Positions 18,094 through 27,700 of a DNA stretch of 46,277 nucleotides are shown in pieces. The position numbers were made by a program, and so were the translations under genes. This DNA comes from a virus. Taxonomy: Duplodnaviria > Caudoviricetes. Numbering within the stretch: the stretch's first letter is position 1; each line of letters opens with the position of its first letter. Under the pieces are notes generated by a model, which ran no database searches, was not told the origin of the DNA, and saw only the letters and a list, made by a program, of their open reading frames with translations. Location: positions 1 through 46,277 of the IMG/VR virus record IMGVR_UViG_3300017914_002319. One strand, given 5' to 3'.

Positions 18094-18908
18094 AAATATT
18101 AGTTACAGGATACAAAGGATTTATTGGCAAAAATGTTGCCCAATATTTGCTATCGCAAGGTCATGAAGTAGAAGGATGGGATTACATTCCAAATTGTATT
18201 CCTGATCCTAGTAATTACGATTGGGTAATACATCTAGGTGCTAATAGTAGCACTACAGAAACAGATGTAGATTCTATACTCGATCAAAATTTAGAATTTA
18301 GTTTAAGATTATTACAGACATGCGATATGATGGGTGTAAATTTTCAATATGCATCTAGTGCAAGCGTCTACGGTCCTACTACACACTTTACAGAAGACGG
18401 ACCGTGTCTTCCGCAAAGTCCTTATGCTTGGTCAAAGTATTTGTTTGATAGAGCAGTAAATCAAAACTTACCAAACTTTCAAGTTCTTGTTCAAGGATTT
18501 AGATACTTTAATGTTTATGGACCATACGAAAATCACAAAGGCGATCAAGCAAGTCCTGTGACTAAGTTTATTACCCAAGGTATGGAAAATGGAAATATCC
18601 AATTGTTTGAAAATAGTGAAAATTATTTAAGGGATTTTGTTTGTGTAAATGATGTAGTAATGGTACACGAAAAAATGTTAAATCAAGATGTATCTGGAAT
18701 TTATAACGTAGGAACAAGTAAACCGGAAAGTTTTGATACAATAGCAAAATGTGTATCTAAAAAGATTGATGTAGATATTGAAAAAATACCAATGCCTGAC
18801 AATCTTAAAGGTCAATACCAAGAATATACGTGTGCAAACAATAAAAAGTTAACTAATATTATAGATATAGAATGGACTGACGTAAAGGATTACATAAATG
18901 GATTATGA
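18090..18908 (+). CDS. hldD: ADP-L-glycero-D-manno-heptose-6-epimerase
   Basis: ILVTGYKGFIG, HLGANSSTTE, YASSASVYG, YAWSK, FRYFNVYGPYENHKG, RDFV, YNVGT, YQEYTCA. Confidence 0.92.
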   Translation: MKILVTGYKGFIGKNVAQYLLSQGHEVEGWDYIPNCIPDPSNYDWVIHLGANSSTTETDVDSILDQNLEFSLRLLQTCDMMGVNFQYASSASVYGPTTHFTEDGPCLPQSPYAWSKYLFDRAVNQNLPNFQVLVQGFRYFNVYGPYENHKGDQASPVTKFITQGMENGNIQLFENSENYLRDFVCVNDVVMVHEKMLNQDVSGIYNVGTSKPESFDTIAKCVSKKIDVDIEKIPMPDNLKGQYQEYTCANNKKLTNIIDIEWTDVKDYINGL

Positions 18909-19548
18909 TATTCGCGAACCTTTTGGACCCGCAATATACAAATCATCTCTTACAAAATCTGAAGTTGACTTCTTAAATGAAGTTGCGACAATTACACGAG
19001 AAAAAAATATCAGTCGTGGAAATAATCTAGCAGGTAACATTCAACAACAACTTACTAGCGAAATTGAAGATAAAGATTATTTTCTAAATATTATAGGAAA
19101 GCATATAACTAGATATGCACAACACAATCTTAACAAATATAACAAAGACTTGTTTAGTAAAGAATATAAAGAAATTTCAGGTGTAGATTTTTTGCTTGCA
19201 GAACCAGGTCCTTGGATTAATTATCAAAGACAGTATGAGTTTAATCCTATACATTCTCATACTGGTGTTATTAGTGCAATCATATACATCAATATACCTG
19301 AAGAAATTGCACAGGAAAAAGAATCAATACCTATCAATAGCAATACACGATGTCCTGGCGAATTAGGATTTGTACATGCAGACGATGGTACAATTAACAA
19401 TGTACACATAACTCCAGTAACCGGAGACATTTACTTATTTCCTGCAAATTTAAACCATACTGTATATCCGTTCCATACTGATGTAGAACGTATTAGTATG
19501 AGCTTTAATATTGCAGATTTAACAGTTCATCAAAAGGAAAAACAATGA
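18898..19548 (+). CDS. Putative 2OG-Fe(II) oxygenase (TIGR02466-like)
   Basis: WINYQ...FNPIHSHTGVISAIIYI, LFPANLNHTVYPF, RISMSFN. Confidence 0.8.
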   Translation: MDYDIREPFGPAIYKSSLTKSEVDFLNEVATITREKNISRGNNLAGNIQQQLTSEIEDKDYFLNIIGKHITRYAQHNLNKYNKDLFSKEYKEISGVDFLLAEPGPWINYQRQYEFNPIHSHTGVISAIIYINIPEEIAQEKESIPINSNTRCPGELGFVHADDGTINNVHITPVTGDIYLFPANLNHTVYPFHTDVERISMSFNIADLTVHQKEKQ

Positions 19549-19943
19549 CCGATAATCCAACACGACTCAAAGGTGCTGTACAAAAAGGTTGGGGATATGA
19601 ACTTATCTTTGCAACTAACGAAAAATACTGTGGGAAAATCTTATTCTTTGAAAAAGCTGGTAATAAATTTAGCATGCATTTTCACAAAGAAAAAGACGAA
19701 ACATGGTTTGTAAACAGTGGAAAGTTTAAATTAAGATATATAGATCCTTCTAACGCACAGCTTATAGAAGCAGAGTTAAAAGAAGGTGATGTATGGAATA
19801 ACCCTCCATGTCTACCTCATCAATTAGAAGCACTAGAAGATGGTAGTAGTATTACTGAAGTAAGCACACCCGATAGTGTAGAAGATAACTATAGAATTAT
19901 TCCAGGCGACAGTCAGTCAGTTACAGAAGAAAACAATGAATAA
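19545..19943 (+). CDS. Cupin (mannose-6-phosphate isomerase / lyxose-isomerase-like)
   Basis: VQKGWGYE, YCGK, SMHFHKEKDETW, PHQL, EVST, DNYR. Confidence 0.85.
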   Translation: MTDNPTRLKGAVQKGWGYELIFATNEKYCGKILFFEKAGNKFSMHFHKEKDETWFVNSGKFKLRYIDPSNAQLIEAELKEGDVWNNPPCLPHQLEALEDGSSITEVSTPDSVEDNYRIIPGDSQSVTEENNE

Positions 19944-20535
19944 TATGTGGGGTCCTGAAAGACCTGATGATCCTAGTTTATATACAAACTGTGTAGTTGG
20001 TATTGACAGAGACGGTACAATAAATGAAGATATTGGAACGTATGTAACTAAACCTCAGGATTTTGTTCCTATACCAGGAAGTTTAGAAGCTATTGTGTTA
20101 CTAAGACAAAAATTACACAAAGTAGTTGTAATAACTAATCAAGGTGGTATTATCAAAAATGTTATGTCAACTCAAGACGTTGATCGTATACACGATTATA
20201 TGTTCAAACTATTAGGAGAAGCAGGCTGCCCTAGTATAGATGCTTTATACTATAGTACAAGTAGTCTGAAAGACGATATGTTTGCAAAACCAAACATTGG
20301 CATGTTTGAAAGATGCGAAAAAGAAAATCCGCAAATTAAATTTAAACAAGGTTTCTATGTGGGTGATAAATTAAATGACCTTAAAGCTGCTGCAAAAGCA
20401 GGAGCAAGACCTGTACTAGTAAGAACAGGATATGGATTAGAAACCGAAAAAGAACTTAATAAGTTTACCTACAAGAAGCTCAAAAAGCAAACATATGTGT
20501 TTGATAATCTTTTAGAGTTTGCACAAGCTCTTTAG
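19936..20535 (+). CDS. gmhB: D,D-heptose-1,7-bisphosphate phosphatase (HAD)
   Basis: IDRDGTINED, ITNQGGI, KPNIGM, YVGDKLND, LVRTGYG; operon context with hldE/hldD. Confidence 0.9.
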   Translation: MNNMWGPERPDDPSLYTNCVVGIDRDGTINEDIGTYVTKPQDFVPIPGSLEAIVLLRQKLHKVVVITNQGGIIKNVMSTQDVDRIHDYMFKLLGEAGCPSIDALYYSTSSLKDDMFAKPNIGMFERCEKENPQIKFKQGFYVGDKLNDLKAAAKAGARPVLVRTGYGLETEKELNKFTYKKLKKQTYVFDNLLEFAQAL

Positions 20536-23500
20536 GCTTGTGCTTCACCCCATCGTAGAATAATATTTGATTCTAAGTCGTTTCCAGAAACTTTATATAT
20601 GTTAATAGCAAGTACATCTGGTCCGTTCGGGAAAGTACCTCTTCCACCAAGTGTTGTATTTGTAAGTTCTTTCAACTGAGCAAGGTCTAGTGTTGATCTT
20701 TCACCTGGTTGTGCAATGAATGAAAATACTGTCTCGCCTGGTTGAGCAAACGGTGGTTGAACAAATTCAAACTCAATAGTGCCTGTTCCTGCACTCAATG
20801 TACCTGAATAGTTATTATTAAAGGTTACTACATAATAGGTGTTCACTGTTCCAAATGTTTTTTCTTCTATGTTTGCAATGTATGTGTTTGGAGGAAAACT
20901 TACTGTTCCACCTGTTTGTGTTACAGCAGTGCCTAGTGTTGCGCCAGATGACTGGAATGCTGTTGCTTCGAAATAAGCAAAGTTACGATCTAAAAGGTCG
21001 CCGCCTTCTGTAAATGTAAATGCATCTGTTGTTCCTGAACTAATACTTTGAGTTGTTCTACTGCTGATTCTGATCCAACCATAGTTTCCTGTGGCATCAA
21101 TACGTGCGTCATTTACTGTAGTATTTGCACGTATTCCTGTGCCTGAAATCGATTTACCTACTATGAAGCTTGTATCATTTGAACCAAATTGAGCTCTATA
21201 ATCTGCTGCACTAATCCAAAGGAAGTTTGTATTGCTTCCTCTGTTATACAAGCCTGAATTCACACTTACTGTTAGTGCAGGTGACGCTGTGACACTTTGA
21301 GTTGTAGCAGCTTCACCTGTACTCCAGGAAACAGAACCTCCAGCAGCAATCTGTGCAAAGCTAGGCTGTCCACCTTGAGCAAGTCCAGTTAGCGCACCCC
21401 AACCAACATTATCAGGATTGATTGGATAGTTGGCAGGATTTAGGATACCTTCAACAACAATGCCGCCTGAGCCACTTTCTGAAGTAATTTCAATACCTTG
21501 TAGAAGTAGCTGTGCTCTGTTAAGTAGATCTTGTTCACCTAAATCACCAGTAATAGCGTTTGAAACACTAGGAGCCAATCTAATCATAAATGCAGTTTGC
21601 TTTGTAGTAGATACAGTAATTGCTGATTCTGTGTATGAGAAAATATAACCTCTATCTTCGTCAAATCCGCCGTCTGTAATAAATGCACTACCCCAGTGAC
21701 TAATTAGTGGCGTTGTAGTGTTACTAATTAATATAACACCTGTCTTTGCAGTGTGTGTTGCTGCATCACCTGCACTATAAGTTCTAGTTGCTCCTGCTTG
21801 GAAGTTAGATAAAGTACTACCTCTTGTACATCCTGTAAGTGTATTCCCTGATTTACCAGTAAATCTTATAATTTCATTATCTATATATATTGTACCAGTT
21901 GTTGGAAAGAAACTTGCATCCTCTAATTCAACTGTTGTTTGAGTCAAATCCATATCTTCTGCAAGTTTACCTGGAGGTCCTTCGTTAGTAACTTCATATC
22001 TTACTGGCAAGTTACCTGAACGCATAAATGCCTCTGTGTTAACGTTTGAGTTACGCATCCTGTGTGCAAAAACAAAGTTACCGTCTGCGCCACGTACCAT
22101 ATAGTCAATGAAACCTGCACCATACCAACTGTATTGTATGCCGATCATCTGCATCTTAGCTTCATCCATATCATAACCGCTAGGACCAGTACCGTCTAAT
22201 CTGTCCATGTTAAATTCAGACTGCTTAACCTTCTTATCTGTAATAAGCATAGCTTTAGCACCAGATACATCTGCATATCCTCTAAAGTCAGGAGTCACTG
22301 TCATTGATGTTTGACTACTAATATGCGAAATAACATGAGTCATTCCTTTGATAACAATTCTATCTCCAGCCTTGAGTTGGTCTCTAAATCTTGTGTTTGT
22401 ACCTGTAACAAGGTTATCATCTGCAAGGATAGCTATTGTACCTGCAACTTGCTTAGTACTTGTTCTTTGTACAACACTAACTTGTGTGCCATCATATTCC
22501 CAAAAAATTCCGTTTTGATCATCAAAAATACCTGATCGTACTGTAGCACCGTGCCAACTTACCACTGACATTTGTGCAGCAAAACCTAGCACAGCACTAC
22601 TTGCACCTAATCTTCGTTGTGCTTCAACTTCTAGTGTTCTTTCATCTATTACCCGTGTTACAGTATAATCAAATACTGGATCAATATATGTTTCAGGTCC
22701 ACTATTATAACCTTCTGTCTCTACACCGATCAATCTAACTACACCGCCAACTTGTACACCATGGTCGTTATCGTCTAGCGTGATAGTAATTGTATCACCA
22801 ACTTCTGTTCCGGTAGATGTAACGCTACGTAGATCATAACTTGGTGCAAATAGCGCACCAGTAGTATACATAATGCCCTTACCTGACTGGTATCTAATGT
22901 AGTTTTTACTTTGACGTATTGCTTGTGCGCCGTGTTGCGGGCCACCTGTACCTAACTGTACACCACCGTCAAACGGTCTATGAATAAAGAAGCTATCTGG
23001 TCTTGGATAAACTAATCCAGTAATTGGATCACTGTTTGAGTCTCCTGTATCTATATTACCTGGTGCTCGAGCTGTAAAGTTTAATCTATTTGTAGCAGGA
23101 ATATCAGTGGCAATAAAACTACCTGCTGCAAGGTTATGATTGTTGTCTCCGTCGTCTGATTCTACTGTAGTAATAAATGTTGATCCTGGTGCTAGTCCGT
23201 GTGCATTAGGAAATTCAATACCAAGTGTAGCTAATGCTTCATAAGGTATTGTTGTACCTTGTGCTATCGGTGATGTAATTGCTTCTGAAATTGTAACAGT
23301 TGAATATAAGTCCATTACAGTACCAAATGCAGCTTCTTCATATGTATCAGTAAATGTAGCTATTGCTCCTGTAGTAACAGTATCAACTTTTATTTCAATA
23401 TCATTTAGAGGGCTTTGTCCTCCTAGCTCTGTTCCTAGTAGTGTTAGTCTATTACCTACTGCATAATCATTTCCAGCAGCATTTAGAGTTACTGTATAAG

Positions 23501-26342
23501 TACCTTCATTTCTGCGAATATCAAATGTTGCACCTACACCTTCTGGATCTTGGTTTGTGCCTGCAACTGCGGTATATGATTGTGTTCCGTCGTTTGCAGT
23601 ACCTGCTGAACTTACAGTTGAAATACTGCCATCGGCACCTACTGCTGTGATAGTAATTGTTAAGTCGTGTGTAGTGTCAATACCTGCTACTTCACTACCT
23701 AGTACAGTAAATGTTTGGTTTACACCATAATCCGATCCAGCTTGTGTAACTGAAGTTGTATATGATCCTGATGCAATATCAACAGTAAAGGTTGCTGCGG
23801 AACCAACTTGATTTGATCCTGATACGCCGTCTACTGAACCTACATTTGCAGCAACACCTCCTACACTAACAGCAGTAATTCCACCGCTTCCGTCTACATT
23901 GTCAATTGTAATAGTACAGTCGTTTGTTGTGTTTGTGCCGCCTAATACCGAGCCTTGTATAGTTAGGGTTTCTGTAGGCAGGTAATTTGAACCTACAGAT
24001 GTTACTGTTGCTGTGTATACAGCACCATTTCTGTTAATTCTAAGTTCAGCACCTGTACCTGTTGTTCCACTATATGTATAATCTGCAGATGTGATTGGAT
24101 CATATTCTGCTTGACCATCAGGTGCAGTTCCACTAACAGTGGCTGTAAGGACAGCACCAACGCTGTCTACTGTGCTTATTACTACCGTGGCATCATTAGT
24201 AGGCGAACTACCACCTTGGAATGAATCACCTGCAATTACAATAATATCATTTGGAGTATAGGCTTCTCCGTCGTTATCAACTGTAATTGTACTATAACTG
24301 CCTCCACTATAATCTATATCAAATGTTGCAGCAAATCCTAATCCGCCATTTACTTCGGGTTGCAGTGCAGTTACTTGACCTGTGCCATCAAATGCCGTGC
24401 CTTCAATATCTACTGCATCAATAGTACCAATACTAAACACACTAGTTACAACTAGCACAAGATCATGTGAAGGACTAATACCGCCTAGTAAATCAGCAGT
24501 TATTAAAATTCTATCACCTACTTCATATGCTTCGCCACCATCTACAATATCATCTACCGTGTATACGCCACCAGCTGTGCTAATATCAAATGTTGCATCA
24601 AAGCCTATACCGTTAATATTACTTCCGCCTATTTCTGTATAAGTAACATCATTACCTACGATTGTATCAGTAAATGTTTCACTGAATGTTATAGTAGAAC
24701 CTGCTATTGATTCTACAAAGGTTGCTGTTCCGTCACCTCTATCAAATGCTAAGTCTGTTATTATACCTGCAGGATCATCTACATCGATAGTGTCTGTACC
24801 TGGTCCTGCATCACTTGTTGTAGTAGGTGTAATATAAACTCCGCCGCCGGATGATTGAGTAATTGCTGCTGTTACCTGAGCACCTGTAGGAATAGCAGGA
24901 TCTGATAAAGGAGCGCCTAAATTAGGTGTAATTCCGTCATATGGAATAATTGTAGAACCAACATCTGTTGCAAGTTCTGTTATTATATCTCCACTAAATC
25001 CATTACTTACTACTGTAAAATTAGGCTTAGTACTAATGTTTGCACCTGTATAAAACTCCGCTTGACGTAGTTGACTAAAGTTAGTATGTAATGTATCACC
25101 GCTTGTTTCGCCAACTTTTGCTTTGGCATAGAATCTAAACGTTACTGTATCTGGAACTTCGATTATAACAAAGGCACCTTCTGCACGAGCTACACCTTCT
25201 ACACTAGAGTCTAGTGCTTTGATTGTAATTGCATCACCTAGCTCAAACCCATGGGCTGTTAGTGTGGTAACAGTAATTAAGGATTGACCAACACCGTCAG
25301 TTCCTGCTGATGCATCAGTTGTAATTGAACTAATTCCTCTTTCAGATCCTGGAACTTCATACACACTAGGATATCCTCTGATCATTCCTATAGCTGACCA
25401 CTTGGTAGGCTGTAATCCGTATTCAAAGTCAGCATCAAGCATTGATAGTGCAGGTGCAACACGCATACGTTCAATAGCATCAGTACCAAAGTCATAAGGT
25501 CTAGTTGTTGTAATACTCTTTCCGTTTTCAGTATATTCTACAAAAATTTGGATGTCGTCTGTAGAACTATGATCGCTTGTATCGAAGTTTAATTTAAGTG
25601 TTGTAACAGAATCGGTAGTTTGTAAGTACTTAGGAAAGTCTTCGTCACTTGCTTCAATTAGTGTGTCGTTTTTTATATTTTCAATTACCGCACCAGTATC
25701 ATTATTAACAAAGTTAAATATAATCTCATTTGCTGTATTGTTACTGATTAATAAGAAATCAGATAGATTATAATTACCTTGTATTTTTAAAAATCCATAT
25801 GTGTTCGATTCTAGTGCAGGAAGCTGATCTAATCCGTTTTCGATTACATCAACTAAAAAACCTGACAATGTATCTATTTTTGTACTTGCAGTTGCTTCGG
25901 CACTTGTATCTGTATCTATAACTTGAGAAACAGTAGCCTGTAAACTTGTAAATGCAGTGTTGGTTAATATGTTATCTGTAATAAGATCTCTGATATATTC
26001 GTGTACAACCACTTCAGGTTGTCTATCGCCGTCTAGTTGCGATACTCCGTTTTCCCAATATTTCGAAACAGTTTTTCTAGTTTTTTCATTTCCTCCATAT
26101 CTTAAATCATTAAGATATGCATCGAGTACGTAACCGATATCTCTTTCGCATTTAGCTTGATTATAAGTATAACCATTAAATGGACTATTTCCAGCTGCAA
26201 CTTCCTGGTTAATATATGCTGTTGCTTCTGCAATTATATAACTTTTATTTCTGTTTAGTAATGAATACGCATTAGGCAACAAGTTGCCTTTGTAAGACAT
26301 TCCTGGTCTAAATACATAATTGTCTATTTTTGTTTTTGCCAT
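20532..26342 (-). CDS. Giant virion structural protein (tail fibre/baseplate-like), 1936 aa
   Basis: T/S/G/D-rich beta-type composition; about six tandem GATF.I...G.Y....G..Y...LGG...D.TITV repeats; DADFEYGLQPTKW and RQSKNYIRYQSGKG...YSWYGAG segments typical of large T4-like virion proteins. Confidence 0.75.
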   Translation of the reverse strand: MAKTKIDNYVFRPGMSYKGNLLPNAYSLLNRNKSYIIAEATAYINQEVAAGNSPFNGYTYNQAKCERDIGYVLDAYLNDLRYGGNEKTRKTVSKYWENGVSQLDGDRQPEVVVHEYIRDLITDNILTNTAFTSLQATVSQVIDTDTSAEATASTKIDTLSGFLVDVIENGLDQLPALESNTYGFLKIQGNYNLSDFLLISNNTANEIIFNFVNNDTGAVIENIKNDTLIEASDEDFPKYLQTTDSVTTLKLNFDTSDHSSTDDIQIFVEYTENGKSITTTRPYDFGTDAIERMRVAPALSMLDADFEYGLQPTKWSAIGMIRGYPSVYEVPGSERGISSITTDASAGTDGVGQSLITVTTLTAHGFELGDAITIKALDSSVEGVARAEGAFVIIEVPDTVTFRFYAKAKVGETSGDTLHTNFSQLRQAEFYTGANISTKPNFTVVSNGFSGDIITELATDVGSTIIPYDGITPNLGAPLSDPAIPTGAQVTAAITQSSGGGVYITPTTTSDAGPGTDTIDVDDPAGIITDLAFDRGDGTATFVESIAGSTITFSETFTDTIVGNDVTYTEIGGSNINGIGFDATFDISTAGGVYTVDDIVDGGEAYEVGDRILITADLLGGISPSHDLVLVVTSVFSIGTIDAVDIEGTAFDGTGQVTALQPEVNGGLGFAATFDIDYSGGSYSTITVDNDGEAYTPNDIIVIAGDSFQGGSSPTNDATVVISTVDSVGAVLTATVSGTAPDGQAEYDPITSADYTYSGTTGTGAELRINRNGAVYTATVTSVGSNYLPTETLTIQGSVLGGTNTTNDCTITIDNVDGSGGITAVSVGGVAANVGSVDGVSGSNQVGSAATFTVDIASGSYTTSVTQAGSDYGVNQTFTVLGSEVAGIDTTHDLTITITAVGADGSISTVSSAGTANDGTQSYTAVAGTNQDPEGVGATFDIRRNEGTYTVTLNAAGNDYAVGNRLTLLGTELGGQSPLNDIEIKVDTVTTGAIATFTDTYEEAAFGTVMDLYSTVTISEAITSPIAQGTTIPYEALATLGIEFPNAHGLAPGSTFITTVESDDGDNNHNLAAGSFIATDIPATNRLNFTARAPGNIDTGDSNSDPITGLVYPRPDSFFIHRPFDGGVQLGTGGPQHGAQAIRQSKNYIRYQSGKGIMYTTGALFAPSYDLRSVTSTGTEVGDTITITLDDNDHGVQVGGVVRLIGVETEGYNSGPETYIDPVFDYTVTRVIDERTLEVEAQRRLGASSAVLGFAAQMSVVSWHGATVRSGIFDDQNGIFWEYDGTQVSVVQRTSTKQVAGTIAILADDNLVTGTNTRFRDQLKAGDRIVIKGMTHVISHISSQTSMTVTPDFRGYADVSGAKAMLITDKKVKQSEFNMDRLDGTGPSGYDMDEAKMQMIGIQYSWYGAGFIDYMVRGADGNFVFAHRMRNSNVNTEAFMRSGNLPVRYEVTNEGPPGKLAEDMDLTQTTVELEDASFFPTTGTIYIDNEIIRFTGKSGNTLTGCTRGSTLSNFQAGATRTYSAGDAATHTAKTGVILISNTTTPLISHWGSAFITDGGFDEDRGYIFSYTESAITVSTTKQTAFMIRLAPSVSNAITGDLGEQDLLNRAQLLLQGIEITSESGSGGIVVEGILNPANYPINPDNVGWGALTGLAQGGQPSFAQIAAGGSVSWSTGEAATTQSVTASPALTVSVNSGLYNRGSNTNFLWISAADYRAQFGSNDTSFIVGKSISGTGIRANTTVNDARIDATGNYGWIRISSRTTQSISSGTTDAFTFTEGGDLLDRNFAYFEATAFQSSGATLGTAVTQTGGTVSFPPNTYIANIEEKTFGTVNTYYVVTFNNNYSGTLSAGTGTIEFEFVQPPFAQPGETVFSFIAQPGERSTLDLAQLKELTNTTLGGRGTFPNGPDVLAINIYKVSGNDLESNIILRWGEAQA

Positions 26343-26345
26343 TTA

Positions 26346-27239
26346 TTAACTTCCAAGTGCTATTGACAGAGCAATGTCTTGCTGGTCTACATATGATTTA
26401 TTTGTTACATTATTTACCGTTGTAGGAGTTGTGGTCACATCTGCTGTGGTAAATGTAGCTGTTGACGGTGTAGTATCTCCAATTACGGTGTCATTTATTG
26501 TTGTTGCATTTACAGGAACAGAAGATCCGTTTGAATCAATCTCTCCTGATTTTGTTCCATTTATTACTACAACAATTTTATTCTGAGCGCCTAAGGTTAA
26601 GTTTGTTCTACTATCGAACTTAATATCGCCTATACCTTCCATTACAAGATTTCCACCTAAGTAAAGATCTTTTGCAATAGCTGCGCCGCCTGAAACACGT
26701 AAAGCACCTGTTCCTATACCTGTTGATTGGGTTGTATTTGATATTGCTATTGAGCCAAATGCCCCTGTAGGATCAATAATACTAAACTGTCCGGAAACAT
26801 TATTATCTGCATCTTTGTATATGAGAGTATCTGCAGTGTCTGATGTAATAGAAAGCTGTACTACTCCAGTACTTCTACCATTGGCCGAAATTCCTGTATT
26901 TCCGTCACTATCAGTTATATTAGGAAAAGAAGTTACACCATCTGCTAAGAATACGCTAAACGCCAAATCTTCTAAATCTAGATCAAATGTGTACGTTTTT
27001 CCTCTTTCTAGTTCTATAGTAGGATTGCCGCCGGCGACACCGCTAAATTCAAATGCAGTGTTTGCTTCATTTTCAGTTACTACATACGAAGTAACAGTTG
27101 CAGTAGTATCGCCGCCCGTGCCGATGGCTTCGGTAGTTGTGATTGCATTAGCAATTATATTTCCTAGTGCATCGACACTAAAACTAGGACTTTTAAATCC
27201 GTAATCTGATTCAAATGGTGTGCCTACAGCTTTTTTCAT
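26346..27239 (-). CDS. Tail-fibre-like structural protein, 297 aa
   Basis: TQSTGIGTGALRVSGGAAIAKDL repeat unit and C-terminal TNKSYVD...IALSIALGS fibre motif. Start reset to ATG 27239 after GGAG. Confidence 0.65.
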   Translation of the reverse strand: MKKAVGTPFESDYGFKSPSFSVDALGNIIANAITTTEAIGTGGDTTATVTSYVVTENEANTAFEFSGVAGGNPTIELERGKTYTFDLDLEDLAFSVFLADGVTSFPNITDSDGNTGISANGRSTGVVQLSITSDTADTLIYKDADNNVSGQFSIIDPTGAFGSIAISNTTQSTGIGTGALRVSGGAAIAKDLYLGGNLVMEGIGDIKFDSRTNLTLGAQNKIVVVINGTKSGEIDSNGSSVPVNATTINDTVIGDTTPSTATFTTADVTTTPTTVNNVTNKSYVDQQDIALSIALGS

Positions 27240-27281
27240 TTCATACTCCAACTATTGTATTTATCAGAAACAAATACTTAG

Positions 27282-27677
27282 TTATAGTTGATGAAGATTA
27301 TGAAAATAATTTACCGTATGAATAAATCTTGCAGATTTAAATGCAGCATTTTTTGGATTTATGTATAATTCTACATATTGATTGTTGTGTAAAGCATACA
27401 ATTCAGCTAGACTATTATCAGTATAGTTTCTAGCATAAACTACTACCTTTGCATCAGATACGCTAGATGTTACTAAACATTTAAGTATTTCTTTATTTTC
27501 CGAATTAAGATCTATACTGATAGTATATTCTGCAGAACTAATATCACCTATAAAAAATTTATCAACTAGTGTATCGTCCTGCAGATTTTTCCACGGGCCA
27601 TTATGACTAAATCCGCCATTATTTTGAACAAGAAGTGTATCGTTTAAACCATTGGATATGTAGTCATTAATATTCAT
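27282..27677 (-). CDS. Hypothetical late protein (beta-rich)
   Basis: 131-aa ORF with its own TAAATA motif (27698-27703) and CGGAG SD. Confidence 0.6.
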   Translation of the reverse strand: MNINDYISNGLNDTLLVQNNGGFSHNGPWKNLQDDTLVDKFFIGDISSAEYTISIDLNSENKEILKCLVTSSVSDAKVVVYARNYTDNSLAELYALHNNQYVELYINPKNAAFKSARFIHTVNYFHNLHQL

Positions 27678-27700
27678 TGCAACTCCGTCTTACAGAGTAT

